A DNA stretch of 64,000 bases, taken from assembly GCF_009914755.1 (NCBI RefSeq), contig NC_060925.1; one strand, 5' to 3'. This DNA is from the human T2T-CHM13v2.0 reference genome, Homo sapiens. The translations under genes and the position numbers were made by a program. The notes beneath the pieces are model-generated. The model made no database searches. It saw nothing but the letters and a program-made list of their open reading frames with translations, and was not told the origin of the DNA. This document shows positions 1 to 18,527 of this stretch, piece after piece (the first letter of the stretch is position 1; every line of letters starts with the position of its first letter).

Positions 1-518
1 TTTTCAAATTTGATGTGGTTAAAAGTTAGAAACAATGCCCTAAATGCTCGCAAAGAGTTGTCAAGATAGGAGCATACATAGGATCTAATTTTACTGCAAG
101 TGTTAGGCTATATGATTTTGTGAACCTACCAATTTGGCTAGTTTTCCAATTGGTACTTTGTAAGTGAAATATATCACTTGCATTGACTGGATCAGTAGTG
201 ATTCATAACGCTGCTTTATATATACACTCTGTCTTTTTTAGTAGACTTTGTTTTTTAGAGCAACTTCAAGTTCACAGCAAAATTGAGAGGAAAATAGAGA
301 TTTCCTGTGTACCTCCTGCCCTCACCCACGTATAGCCTCCGCCATTATCAATATCCTCCACAATTGTTTCAGTTTAAGAACCTACATGGATACATCATTA
401 TCACCCAAAGATTATTATTTACATTGGGGTTTACTCAATGGTGTTGTATATTTTATGGGTTTGGACATATGTTTAATGTTGTCATTTATCATAATGATAT
501 AATACAGAGTGGTTTTAA

Positions 519-874
<356 letters not shown>

Positions 875-1778
875 AATCACGGATCTTTTTACTATTTCTG
901 TAGTTTCGACTTTTCCAGAACGTCACATACTTGGAATCATACAGTACGTAGCCTTTTGAGATTGGCTTCTTTCACTTAGAAATGTGCCTTTAAGGTTCTT
1001 CCATATCTTTTTGTGGCTTAATAGCTCACTTCTTTCTAGTGCTGAATCTATTGTATGGATGTACCACAGCTTTTATTTACCTACCATTCACCTACTGAAG
1101 GACATCTTAGTTGCTTCTAAGTTTGGCAATTATGAATAAAGCTGCTATAAACATCTATGTGCAGGTTTTTGTGTAGACATGTTTTCAGCTCCTTTGTGTA
1201 AATACTGAGGAGCACGATTGCTGGATCATATTTTAAGAGTATATTTAGTTTTGTAAGAAACAGCCAAACTGTCTTCCAAAGTGGCTGTACCATTTTGCAT
1301 CCTCACAACAATGAATGAGAGTCCCTGTTGCACCCACATCCTCTCTAGCATTTGGTGGTGTCAGTGTTTCTGATTTTGGCCATTCTAATAGGTGTGTGGT
1401 GGAATCTCATAGTTATTTTAATTTGTATTTTCCTTATAACAAATAATGTGGAGTATCTTATCATAATGCCTGTTTGCCATCTGTGTACCTTCTTTGGTGA
1501 AGTGTCTGTACAGGTCTTTGGCCTGTTTTTTGATCCAGTTTTTTTTTTTTTTATTATTGTTTTAAAAGTTCTTTGTACATTTTGGATAATAGACCTTTAT
1601 CAGATAAATCTTTTTCAAGTATGTTCTCCCAGTCTGTGGCTTGTCTTTTCATCCTCTTAACAGTGTCATTTGCAGAGCAGAATTTTTATTTTTTATTTTT
1701 TATTTTTTTTAGACAGGCTCTCACTCTGTCACCCAGGCTGGAGTGCAGTGGTGCAATCACAGCTCACTGCAGCCTTGA

Positions 1779-2009
<231 letters not shown>

Positions 2010-2859
2010 TAATTTTAGTGAAGGTGCACCTTATCAATTCTTGTTTTCATAGATCATTCCTTTGGTATTGTGTCTAAAAAGTCATTGCCAAATCAAAGGT
2101 CATCTAGATTTTCTACTGTTATCTTCTAGCAGTTTAATAGTTTTGTGTTTTATATTTAGTTTTCTGATTCATTTTGAGTTAACTCCTGTGAAAGGTATAG
2201 GGGTCTGTGTCTAGATTTATCTTTTTTTATATGTTGGATGTCTAGTTCCAGTACCATTTGTAAAAATACTATCTCTGATCCATTGTATTGCTTTTGCTTT
2301 TTTGTCAAAGATCAGCTGACTATATTTGTGTGTGTCTTTTTCTGGCCTCTCTATTCTGTTTTATAGATTTATTTGTCTATCACCAATTTGACACTGTCTT
2401 GATTACAGTATATCTTGAAGTAGGGTAGTGTTAGGCTTCTAACTTTGTTCTTCTCTGTCAATAATGTGTTGGTTATTCTGGGTCTTTCTCCTCCATATAA
2501 ATTTTAGGATCAATTTGTCAATGTTTATAAAATAACTTTCTGGGATTTTGACTGGGATTGTGTTGAATCTGTAGATCAAGTCAGGAAGAAATGACATCTT
2601 GACAATATTAAGTCTTTCTGTTCGTGAACATGGAATATCTTTTCATTTATTTGGTTCTTTTATAGTGTTTATCAGAGTTCTGTTGTTTTTTCATATAGAT
2701 CTTGAACATATTGTGTTATATTTATATAGAAGTATTTTGTTTATTTTGGTGCTAATGTAAATTGTGTTTTTAATTTTAACTTCAACTTATTCATCAGTGG
2801 TATACAGGAAAGTAATTGGCTTTTATATATTAACCTTGTATCCTGTAACCCTGCTATAG

Positions 2860-4923
<2,064 letters not shown>

Positions 4924-6126
4924 ACCTCAAATGATCCACCTGCCTCGGCCTCCCAAAGTGGTGGGGTTACAGACCCGTCTTTTTTTTTTTTTTTTTTTTA
5001 AGAGATTAAAAAAATTTTTTTTTATTTTCTATAGTTTGAATATAACTATGTATAGGTTTTTTTTGGCATTTTTCATGCTTGGTGTTCTCTGAACTTTCTG
5101 TATCTGGGAATTGGTACGTGGCATTAATTTGGGGGAAATTTTCAGTCATTTTAGTTACAAGTATTTTTTTCTCTTTTCCTTCTGGTATTCTTATTACACG
5201 TATGTTACACCCTTTGTAGTTCCACAGTTCTTGAGTATTTTGTTCTATTATTATTATTATTATTATTTCACTTTGCTTTTCAGGTTTGGAGGTTTCTGTT
5301 GAGATATCCTCAAACTAGAGATTCTTTCCTCAGTCATGTCCTGTCTCCTAAATAAGCCTATCAAAGGCATTCTTCATTTCTGTTATCGTGTTTTTGATCT
5401 CTAGCATTTCTTTTTGGTTCTTTCTTAGAATTTTTCTATACTTTCATTGCCCATCTGTTCTTGCACGCTGTCTACCCGTTATAGCCCTTAGCATATTAAT
5501 TATAGTTGTTTTAAATTCCTGGTCTGATAATTCTAGCATCTCTGCTATATCTGAATCTAGTTCTGATGTTTGCTCTTTCTCCTCAAACTTTTTTTTTTTT
5601 TTAACCTTATGCCTTGTAATCTTTTCTTGATAGCTGGACATGATATATTGAGTAAGAGGAACTGCTGAAAATAGGCCTTTAGTAATGTGATAAGCTGTTG
5701 GGGGAAGGGGAGCATTCTATAGTTCTACGATTAAGTCTCAGTCTTTTAGCAAGCCTCTGCCCCTGGACTGTGAACTTCACAAGTGCTTCTCAGTTTTCTC
5801 CCCTGTTTAGAGGGGACAGGATAGCAAGAATGGGCTGGAGCTGGGTGTTTCCTTTCCCCAGGTCAGTTAGGCTCTGATATAACCCCAGCAGGTTAGGCTT
5901 TCGTCAAATAGTTTCTGCTGAGGGCAGACCGTATTAAGAATAGAATGCTCTTAGGCTGGGGTGGCACATGCCTGCTAATCCCAGCACTTTGGGAGGCTGA
6001 GGTGGGCAGACCACTTGAGGTCAGGAGTTCAAGACCAGCCTGGCCAAAATGGTGAAACCCCGTCTCTGCTAAAAATACAAAAATTAGCTGGGCATGGTTG
6101 CGTGTGCCTGTAATCCCAGCTACTCA

Positions 6127-6276
<150 letters not shown>

Positions 6277-6508
6277 TCAAAATGGTTCCCTTTCCCCTTT
6301 CCCTGCCAGAAGAATGAGGGGATTTCCCCCTTGATGCTGTGAGATCTAGGTCAAGCTTCCCACGAAAGTGTGGGAGTCCCCTTGAAGTTTTTAACTCGCA
6401 GAGTTGTCCACACTAAGCCTCTAGCAATTTGTCAATTATAATTCAAGCTTTTCTGCCCGACATCTGGTTCCCACAGAGGTTCCTGCTTGTGGGTTTCTGC
6501 TTAGGTAA

Positions 6509-6793
<285 letters not shown>

Positions 6794-7724
6794 TGATCTT
6801 GAACTTCTGAGCTTAAGCTGTCTGACCACCTCAGCTTCCCAGGGTGTTGGGACTACAGGGTGAAGCCACCAAACCCAGCTTTTTGTTTTTTTTTAAGAGA
6901 TGGGGTTTCACTCTGTTGCCGAGTCTGGAGTGCAGTGGTAACTCACTATAACCTTGAACTCTGGGCTCAAGCGATCCTTCTGTCTCAGTCTCCTGAGTAG
7001 CTAGGTCTACAAGTGTGCACCACCATGCCTGGCTAATTAAATTTTTTTTTTTTTTTTAAATAGAGACTGGGTCTCGCTATGTTGCCCAGACTAGCCTCAA
7101 ACTCCTGGCCTCAAGCAGCCTTCCTGCCTTGGCCTCCCAGAGCACTGGGTTACAGGTGTGAACCACCATGCCTGGCCACCTCACTTCTTTTATGCATCTA
7201 AGAAGAGTTGTTGATATTTCAGTTTTTTTACTTTGTTGTTCGGATAGAATAGTGACTTCCAAGCTACTTAAATGCTGCACTAGAAACTGGAAGTCTGTGT
7301 ATACTCTTGTTGTTACTCTTGGTTCACACAATTTGTGGTATACAAATTATATCTCCCTGTTAGATTGCCACCTAGAATGATCCGAAATATAAGACCCATC
7401 CCTCTTTCCATGAATTTATCCCTTGTTTATTATCTACTTGTAGAACATAGAATATCTCAGTTTAGGGTCTGATCTTTGAAGGTATAGGTGCCCAATTAAA
7501 GTTGAAACTGATTTTGATGCCATTTGCCTCAATTTATATCATACTATTGGGATATATTTGTTAAGATTCTTGTTGCAGGTTAAGGCAATCCACTGGAGCT
7601 AAGTTAGAAAAAAAAATAACAGTTATAAGGATATGACAATATCTCACAGAATCCAAAGGCAGCTATTGTAGCTGTATCTTTCAGGCATAGCATAGAAGGG
7701 TCTGTAATTCATTCAACTTAGATC

Positions 7725-7787
7725 AGGAGCTCACACCAGGCTAATAAACTGGTTAGGAGCTCACACCAGGCTAATAAACTGGTTAGG
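7725..7787. repeat. Perfect 30-bp tandem duplication
   Basis: AGGAGCTCACACCAGGCTAATAAACTGGTT x2 followed by AGG. Confidence 0.95.
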
Positions 7788-7984
7788 TGGATAGGTTTTC
7801 CCTGAATATGGCGTTTTATCTTGTGATGAAAGTATATGTGTGTATGGCGTGGTGGTAGACAGTTCTATAATTCTGTTGGCAAAGATAATCCAAGAGATGT
7901 CTAACATCTCAAAATTGGAGATACAGACTTTGGCTAATATGGTATTAATTAATATTTCAGTCATGGATAAACAATTTATATACC

Positions 7985-8655
7985 ACTTTAGTTTCTCCAG
8001 AGAAACAGAACCAGAAGGAGATAGAGGTTTCTGTTTTGTTGTTGTTGTTGTTTTGTTTTGTTTTGTTTTTTGAGACAGTCTCGTGGTGTCACCCAGGCTG
8101 GAGTGCAGTGGCATGATCTCGGCTCGGCTCACTGCAACCTCCACCTCCCAGGTTCAAGCATTTTCATGCCTCAGCCTCCTGAGTAGCTGGGACTACAGGT
8201 GCCTGCCACCACACCTGGCTAATTTTTGTATTTTTAGCAGAGACGGGGTTTCGCCATGTTGGCCAGGCTCTTCTCGAACTCCTGACCTCAGGTGATCTGC
8301 CCACCTCGGCCTCCCAAAGTGATGGGATTACAGGCACAAACCACTGTGCGCGGCCCGGAGATAGAGGTTTCTAGCTTGCAGACAGTAAATCATGAGATAT
8401 GTCAGCCTCCATAATTTTGTGAGTCAGTTTCATTTGATAAGTCTCATTATGTGTGTACACACACAGAGAGAATTATATATATGTATGTAGGCATGTATTT
8501 ATATCATGGGGAGGGCAATCCGGTGTACTCAGTTCCATTCAAATGCTTATCTCTTCTGGAAACATTCTCCCAGACACACCCAGAAATAATATTTAATCAA
8601 ATGTTTAGGCATTCCTTGTCCCAGTCAAGTTGACATGTAAAATTAACCATCACAG
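7985..8655. mobile_element. MLT2-like LTR with an inserted antisense Alu (8033-8355)
   Basis: ttctccagagaaacagaacca start and caagttgacatgtaaaattaaccatcaca end; Alu TSD GGAGATAGAGGTTTCT. Confidence 0.7.
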
Positions 8656-10004
8656 GGATGTTGTATATCTCAGTAGTTTCTGTCCCTATGACATGTATAT
8701 ACAAATTTATGTCATTTTGAGTCTGATTACTCCAGACGTGAGAATTAAGCATGCTCCTTCTTTTAGTCCCAATCGCAGATCAGTTGCTGTTCTAGCGATT
8801 TCAATGCCTATGTATATTTGATACGTCTGTTATCACATTTTCCAATATTTGTTAAACTACTCTGCTTTTTGTTTGGTGTGAACTAGGTGAAAACACTCAC
8901 CTTGTTCTTTATAGCTCTTGACTGGGAATTTGATGTTTGTGAAAGATGCCAGATGGATATGCTGGAAATTGAAGCCCTGTGTGAATGTGGGGAAGCAACA
9001 ATGTCAGCTTCCCAGATCCTATTCTCTTAATGTATTTTGGTCTTGATCTGCAGGAATAAAGCTCTTTTCAGAGCTTATTTCATTTCTTTTTTCTGCCACT
9101 GTAAGGGTGTTCATATTCAAAGGGTGTCTTTTTAGGATCAAATTTACTTAGCCTCTTCAGAAAGTTGAACATCAGGTTACTTTTTCGTTCCTAGTTTTCT
9201 GTTTCATTGCTCAGACTTGAGTTGATCACTTAAGACCAGTTGCCCTAATGGATTATTAATTGTATAAACAAACTAGTCCACTGATTGGTTTCATGGTTCA
9301 AATTGCATCTTTGCCTTTCTGTTCTAATTCTTTCACACAAATTGCTTTTTTGATGATGAATAATAATAGCTATCATTTATTGAGCAGTTACATATCAGGT
9401 CTGTGCAAGGCACTTTATATAAATACCTTCATCATCATTAAAAATATCCCGCAAAGTATAGTTTTCATATAAAGTGTAAAGAAACTGAGATTCAGAGAGG
9501 TTATCTTGCTCAAAGTAGCAACAGCTATTAAACAATATAGCATGGGCCGGGTATGGTGGCCCATGCCTGTAATCCCAGCACTTTGGGAGGCCAAGGCAGG
9601 AGGATTGCTTGATCCCAGGAGTTCCAGACAAGCCTGGGCAACACAGCAGAAACCTGTCTCTATTAAAATATAATAATAATAAAATAAATAATAGAACATG
9701 AATTCAAGCCTGGATCAGCCAGATTTTTGTACCAGTGTTGCTTCTACCAAACTCCAGTGACTCTTCATAAAAGATGTTCATTTGGATTAAATATCAAGCC
9801 AGGTATGTTCCATATTGCTAATGGTTGATTTAAAATTCCAGACTCAGTTTTGCCAGATATTCCATTGCTGTAGTCACACTCTTGAATCATACTTTTTCTT
9901 TCTTTAAAGGTAAAATATCGAACTAATAGGAACTTTCTGATAAGTTGTGATTGTGAATAGACAGCACAAAACCTTGAGAAAACATGGTTTAAGTCTGAAT
10001 TGTT

Positions 10005-10339
<335 letters not shown>

Positions 10340-10834
10340 TGAATTGTTCTTTAGTATGTGTTGGCATTAATAAACTTTGAAATAGTAAGTACATTGAAGT
10401 TTTAGTGGTCCCAGTACAACTCTTGGGATCCTTTGTATGGGACTATTTCCCAGGTGGAAGTTCTTCGAAAGTAAATCCTTTAGTTATTTTAATTTGATTT
10501 ACAAGTAGTGAGCACATGCTGTGTATTATCCATGGTATCATACACTAGGGATACAATGACAAAAGAAGCAATCTCTATCCTGAGAAACCTTAATAGTCTG
10601 GAAGGGAGAGACAGTTTTAGAAAAATCATGGATCAGTTCATAAGTGCTCTGATAGGGGTAAAAGGTACACAAGATCGAAGGGGCACCTATCTCAGACCTA
10701 GATCAGAAGGACTTAATGGAAGAAGTGATGTCTTGGATAGAATGAGGAGGACAAGTAAGAGTCAACTGACAATGGCAGGGGCAAAGTTTGGAGAGGGTTC
10801 AAGGCTTAAAAAATAATATGGATGAAGACTTTTT

Positions 10835-11170
10835 TTTTAACTGGTTTTTAAGATAGAATTCATATATCATAAAATTCACTTTTAAAGCACACATTCAGTG
10901 GTTTTCAGTATATTCACAGAGTTGTGTAACCATCACCATTTATAATTCCAGAACATTTTCATCACCCCAAAAACTCCCTACCCATTAGTAGTCACACGCC
11001 ATTTCCTCCTCTCCCCAGCCCCTGGCAACACTAATACACTTTCTGTCTCTGTGGACGTGCCTATTCTGGACATTTCATATTAATAGAGCCACATAATATG
11101 TGGTTGTTTATGACTGGCTTCTTTCACTTAGCATAATGTTTTCAAGGTCCATTCATGTTGTAGCATGTAT
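10835..11170 (-). mobile_element. L1MB-like 3' end fragment
   Basis: Typical antisense L1M 3' UTR sequence (cagagttgtgtaaccatcacc...ctggcttctttcacttagcataatg). Confidence 0.7.
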
Positions 11171-12152
11171 TGGTATGAAGGTGTGTTTTGGAAAATAGGC
11201 AAGATTGAGAATTGAGGGTTTGTGTTGATCAAGATGACTACTGCATAGAGTAAGAATTTGAGAATAGAGAATAAGATGTCATACTAGAGAAGTAAGCAGA
11301 AACCAAATCAAACAGAACAGAACATTGTCAGCTATGTTATGGAAGTATGGACTTTATCCTAAGGGCAATAGGATGACATTGAATGATGTTAAGTATGGAA
11401 ATGATACAATCAGATTTGGGTTTTGTATTTGTGTGGAGAATAGGCTAGATGGGTACAAAACAGGGGGCAGGGAGACTAGGATTCTTGCAAAAATCTAGGC
11501 AACAGAAAGATGGAGGCATTATGGGATATGGCAGTGGGAATGGAGAGAAGTGGATGGATTTGAAAGATTTAAGAGGTAAGATTGATAAGACTTGATGTTC
11601 GATTGAATGTAGAGTTGGGAGGAGAGGATAGTATCTAGAATTGTACTTAAGTTTCTGAGTTTATGAGACAAGTGGATGATAATGCACTTACTCATTAAGG
11701 AGCTGGCTGCTAGGTAAGTTCCTGCGGTGCCAATATATAAGTAGTAAAATGGCACTGGAACATTAATGAGTCAGAAAAAATGCATTTACTGGAACCCTAC
11801 TTAGTAGCAGTGTATGTGGGTTGGAGGAAAACTTTGATAAGCTACTGTAGATGGAGTAAAACCCCTCTCTTACCTCGCTTTTTGCCTGAGTAACATTAGT
11901 TGTTTCCTAAACTGTACTCTAAGAGACCCAAAGCTTGTTTTATTGAGTGGCTACCATCAGTGGGTCATCTTTTTTCCCTGTCCCTATTAAGGTTTTTATT
12001 CTTCTCTTTAAAATGTTTATATGAGATTGGTTTGGAGACTATCAGATTACTAACCTGCTGTTCCATTTGAATTACACCAAAATGTAGTGGTTTAAAATAA
12101 CAATTTAATTATCTCTCATGGTTCTGGGGATTGATTGGGCTTACTTAATTAG

Positions 12153-12524
<372 letters not shown>

Positions 12525-13587
12525 TGAGGCTTGCTCATTCACATGTGTAGAGATTCATGGGGCAGATCACCGAAATGTGGGCTTTCCGTGTGGTTTCTCT
12601 GGCATGGTTACTGGGTTCCAAGAGTGAGTGTCCCAAAAGGAGTGGTCAGAAACTGTATTACCTTTCATGACCTGGTCTTGGAAGTTACATAGTTTCCCCT
12701 TTGTTATACTCCATTAGATGAGGTAGTTGTGAATGTCTGCCCAGGTTTAGAGGAAGGAGACATAGATTTCACCACTCAGTTGAAATCACCCATCCCACAC
12801 TATCTTCTTAATGTGACTGTGACACCTGAGTCACAGGTGCTACGTCACAATCACATTAAAAAATCATGTGGGATGGGAGATATAGTAGCAGCCATTTAAA
12901 AAAATACAATCTGCCATCCCTACCTGAGAACCCTGCTCAGACTAAGATTGGGAACAGAAAGAGGGGACTTGGAAGATTGAATGTGATTTTGTACCTGTTG
13001 AGTTTGAACACTTTGTCAGACTTTCTGGCAGAAATGTTAAGAAGTTTCTTTACTGAGCCGGGTACAGTGGTGTGTACCTGCAGTCGTAGCTACTCCCAGC
13101 CTCAGGAGGCTGAGGCCGGAGGAACACTTGAGCCCAGGAGTTTGAGTCTAGCCTTGTCAACACTGCGAGACCCCATCTCTAAGAAATAAAATAAAATTTA
13201 AGAGTTTGATTACTGGTCAGATACTGAATTTGTTTACAGAGAATAGTATTAATCACAGCCAAGATAGGAAACATCTTTAACTGATAATATTTTCAAACAT
13301 ATCATCATTTTATTTTCTTTTTTAAAATCTATGGCCAGGATTTTGGAAATTTTCACCCTCACAAATAATTCTTCTGTTATAAACATGTTCATATCAGAGA
13401 TTCCTATGAATTTCTTGCATTTTATATTTTAAGCATCATCTTTATACCTGTGACCTTTCCTTATAAGTTTATGTAAGAACTAAAATCTTTGTTTCTTAAT
13501 TTTAAATGATGGTTCTTTAACGTTCCTTCATATTACAGTTAAAATTTTAGTCTTCTGTTATACATCCCAGGGAGATAATCTTTTTAG

Positions 13588-13981
<394 letters not shown>

Positions 13982-14995
13982 TAAGATTATGAAGGATATA
14001 TTTTATAGAGAAATGAAGGCAATAACACTAGTTTGGTAACTATATGAACCACTCTAGGCGAGAACTGATGAGGGCCTAAGCTAAGGCAGTTGTAGAAATG
14101 GGATGAGGGTGATGAAATTAGGAACTTCTTTGGAATCTTTGCCATGGTAGTGTGTTATATGCTATACTTAATTAAATAATTAAATCATTCCACATATTTT
14201 GAATACTACTATGTGAAAAGAATTGTGCTGGGGCCTTGGAATAAAAGTATGAATAAAAAGGGTTTCCTGTCTTGGGTGAACTTATGGTTTAGTGTAGTCG
14301 TTTTGTAAAGAGAGAAATTACATGTAATGTGAAATATAAACATTATGGGAACACAGAGAACTATGTGATTAATTATTGTAATTATTAATTTCACATTGGG
14401 AGATGACATTTGAGTGGAATATTAGAGGAGTTCTGTGAAATTCTTTGTTTTCCTCTCATGTATCTTGAACTGTATTGAAGACATTTGTACTGTTTTATGT
14501 TGTATACCTATCCATCTATCCATTTACTAAACTTCTTTTGTTCCTTCCAAAAAATGATTCTGTAATGTCAAAAGGCAATGAATAAGTCATTACTGTAATG
14601 CTCATTCTGGGTAAAAAGTACTGGCGTTATTTGTCTCTTTATCTGAGAAGCATATTCTCCATGGGAGGTGATGGAATTCTTCTTTTCACTACATATTGCT
14701 TGTTGGTTTCTCTCTGTGTCTCCCTTTCCCTTCCTTTATTTTTCTGAACTATTTCTTTATTTATTAGGGCATTAGCAACTTTAAGTCTACTTTTAAGAAT
14801 GAATGCAATAATTTTATTTTATTGTATGTCACTTCTCAAAGGTAAGAATGGAGACTTACAATTAAACAGGATGAGGCCAGGTGCGGTGGCTCACGTCTGT
14901 AATCCTAGCACTTTGGGAGGCTGAGGTGGGCGGATTGCCTGAGCTCAGGAGTTTGAGACCAGCCTGGGCAACATAGTGAAACCCTGTCTCTACTA

Positions 14996-15186
<191 letters not shown>

Positions 15187-16129
15187 TCACACACACCATT
15201 TATTTTCTTTCTTTCTTGAAACCCTCATAAAATGGTAAGAAGTAAGAACAGAAGAGGAGATAACAGTGGATGAAAGGTTTCAGTAAATGGAAAGAGTGAA
15301 GGTCTTCAAACTGAAGACGCAATAAGCTGCTTGCCTGCGGAGGAAGATATGTTGAGAAGCCCCACAGCACCTTAGAGAGATTTGTGATATAGAGACTCCA
15401 AGGTTCTCTAAGGGCTTAGGTGAGGTGTGGTACTGAAAGTAGATTGGCTGGAATATGATACAAAGAATGATTAGTTTTGCAGAATCCTATGTAGCCAAGT
15501 AACTTTCCCCTTCATCCTGCAGGGGTCTAGAAGTTTATTTTCTGGAAGAATTGAATAGAGGATACTTTGAATTGAAGGATACCAAGCATATCAGGAGGGG
15601 ATGAGGTGCAGGTTGAAAGTAGATTAAGGAAAATGTAAAGTTATAAATGTGGCCGGGCGCGGTGCCTCATGCCTGTAATCCCAGCACTTTGGGAGGCTGA
15701 GGCAGGCAGATCTCTTGAGGTCAGTAGTTTGAGACCAGCCTGGGTAACACAGTGAAACCCTTTCTCTACTAAACATACAAAAATTAGCTGGGCCTGGTGG
15801 CAGATGCCTGTAATCCCAGCTACTCAGGAGGCTGAGGCACGAGAACTTCTTGAACCTGGGAGGTGGAGGTTGCAGTGAGCCAAGATTGCACCATTACATT
15901 CCAGCCTGGGTGATTGAGTGAGACTCCATCTCAAAAATAATGAAATAAAATAAAATAAAATAGTAAAGTTGAGACTAGCCACTAGTGGTCTTGTGTGATT
16001 TTCCACCAGCCAGATTTCAGCTACTTAGGGGAATGTATGTAGTAGGTGGATGGTTGGATTTAGCTAGAGTTGAGGCTTTGCCAGCTGAGACTGGAATATA
16101 ATTCCAATAGAAAAACCTGTAATATTATT

Positions 16130-16580
16130 TGTATTAGGGTTCTGTAAAGAAACAGAACCAATAGTATATGGAGGGGTGTGTGTGTGTGTGTTTAAATTTA
16201 TTATAAGGAATTGGCTCACACATTTATAGAGGCTGAGAAGTTTCCCAATCTGCTGTCTGCAAGCTGGAGACCCAGGAAAGCTGGTGGTGTCATTCTGAGA
16301 CTAGAGGGCCAATGATGTAAGTCCCATTCTGAGGGCAGAGGATTGATGTCCCAGCTCAACCAATCAGAGAGAATTCCCTCTTCCTCAAGCCTTATTTTAT
16401 TCACGTCCTCAATGGATTGGATCATGTCTGGTCACACTGGGGAGGGCAATCTGTTTTATTCAGTACACTGATTCAAATGAGATTAGCTCATCCAGAAACA
16501 CCCTCACAGACATACCCAGAAATAGTATTTAATTTGAGTACCCCATGTCTCAGTCAAGTTGATATATAAAATTATCTATT
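16130..16580. mobile_element. MLT2-like LTR
   Basis: tgtattagggttct...acagaaccaatag start, internal (GT)n, ctgcaagctggagacccagg, cagtcaagttga near the end. Confidence 0.7.
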
Positions 16581-17874
16581 ATTGGACTTGCCTCACATAT
16601 TGAAAAACTATATATATGATTTGACCTTGAATCTATAGAGTTAATTTTGTTTAAGAAAATCTTTAATCAGCTAGGTATTAGAGGAGTGGTTACTTTACTT
16701 TCATTCTCATTTTGACCTTGGTTTGTATTTTTATTCTTTCATACTTCTGATATGACTTAGTCCTTTATTTAATAGATATAAATCTGTTTCTTAGTGTCAG
16801 TAGCTCTTCTCATTTAGAGTATATCATAGCATGTGCATATTTTTCTAGTTCTCAAGACAGGGAAATCTTTTACCAGTGATTTTCATTCTTTATTCTTCAT
16901 TGGGTCTTGGAAACTTGAATTTTAGGCCTTTTACTTATTCTCTTATTTTTTATTAAGCATATCATTTTCACATCTGATAATAGAATATTTGTAATGTCAG
17001 GAAATTTTTCTTGCTGCCTCAGTTTATCTTTAAAATTAAGTAGTGTTCATTAAATTATCTCCAAGATACTTACGTGTTCTGAAAATACTATGATTATGTG
17101 TTAGATATTTTATACTGATAATATAATATTCATAGTCTTAGTTTTATTCTGATTAGCTTCAACTACTAATCTTGTTCAAGGCTAAATTAGGCCCTTAAAG
17201 AATTTTACATTGTCTCTAAGCAGTTATAGTTGGGCTACCATAACTTAATGGATATTGTCGTATTTTCACAAGAAGGAAGCAATATTTGAAGAGCCTTTGT
17301 CTTTTGCATGCATGCCTGATAGTGAAGGTTAATACTGGGTTAATAGATCCATTGCTTCTAAGCAGTTGGAGGAGGACTGGAATCAAGAGACTCCATTTGG
17401 AGAAAAAAAACAGTTTGGCAATAAAAATCACAACTGGAAACTTGTGAAACTCAAGAATTCTACATGTATAGAAAAAAAATCACACTAGAAGGACATTCTT
17501 GTGAAGCAGCAGTTTTCTTAGCTTTGGATTCTTGGAGGGCCTATTATAAGGCAAATTATATACTTATGAATTAACACAATTAAAGTCATTGGGTAGAAAG
17601 TGCCTGCTGTTGATGTTTCTCACTTTGCATTATCCATTGAAAATAAACGTGCAAAAACTCTTCTTCATTGAAACATTTAACTTTTGGCCTTTCAGACAAT
17701 AAAATGTCTCTGTTGCTACCTTGTATGCAAGCCAGGTCTTTGAATCCAAAGGTATAATTTTATCTACTGTTTCAGCCCTATTGCTTTCATTTGTCTGGCT
17801 ATGGTAGATTTATATGAAGAAAATGAGGGCTTATTGTTTCAGCAAGTGTAATGAGCAATGTGTTTTTCCTTTAG

Positions 17875-17980
17875 GATCAAACAGAGCATACTGAATCAGC
17901 AGGACTGGCTGGTGGTGCAGCAGACATCATGAGTAAGCACCGAGAAGTCTGTTCCTTATCACGTGTGTAAGGGGAAAAAG
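17875..17980 (+). other. ZFYVE9: ZFYVE9 non-coding 5' UTR exon (106 nt, probably exon 2)
   Basis: Pyrimidine tract plus AG (tgtttttcctttag|GATC) and a consensus donor (AAG|gtaaga) bracket unique sequence upstream of the ATG exon; fits my recollection of the ZFYVE9 5' UTR layout. Confidence 0.8.
17929..17970 (+). promoter_or_regulatory. 13-codon upstream ORF in the 5' UTR exon (MSKHREVCSLSRV*)
   Basis: acATCATGAgt with A at -3; TAA at 17968-17970; lies wholly within the exon. Confidence 0.55.
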
Positions 17981-18527
17981 GTAAGAAAATGTTTTTATTT
18001 CTCTTAGAGATTGAACTTGAGAAACCAATGAGATCTATAGAAGATAATGCTGATGCATATATGTTACTTGCATCATTTATAACATTGTGTCTTATTAAAT
18101 CAGGAGTATGCTTTTTTTCAAAAAGATTTGACTTAAATTCAGAGGAAAAGGGTATTTAAAAATCACTGTTATTTTGTGTCACAATGGTCACAATGTTAAT
18201 TTCCCTCCCAGTGCTGGCTCCTTCGTTTTAGAGTTTGTTGACCATAGAAAGGTAATTTCAGAAAAAATATGGATTTGAGCAATATTTAAGCTCATGCAAG
18301 AGCTAAACAAGTAAAGCTAATTTGGTGATGGGGAATCAGAAATGTAAATTTAATTATGTTATTTTATTTTGTATTTTTAGGTAAGTTATTATGTAGAGCA
18401 ATAATTTCCAGCAGAAAACTGGAAGTATTCTTGTAGAACAGGAATCCTTGTCTTTTTCCTAACTAGGAGTCATGTTGTTTTTTTTCAAGTCTTAAGATTA
18501 TTTAAGGGTGTGAACCCCCAATATCTG

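Noticed and set aside
10508-10816. 102-aa ORF
   Set aside because: GTG start within L2-like decayed sequence; no homology I can recognise.
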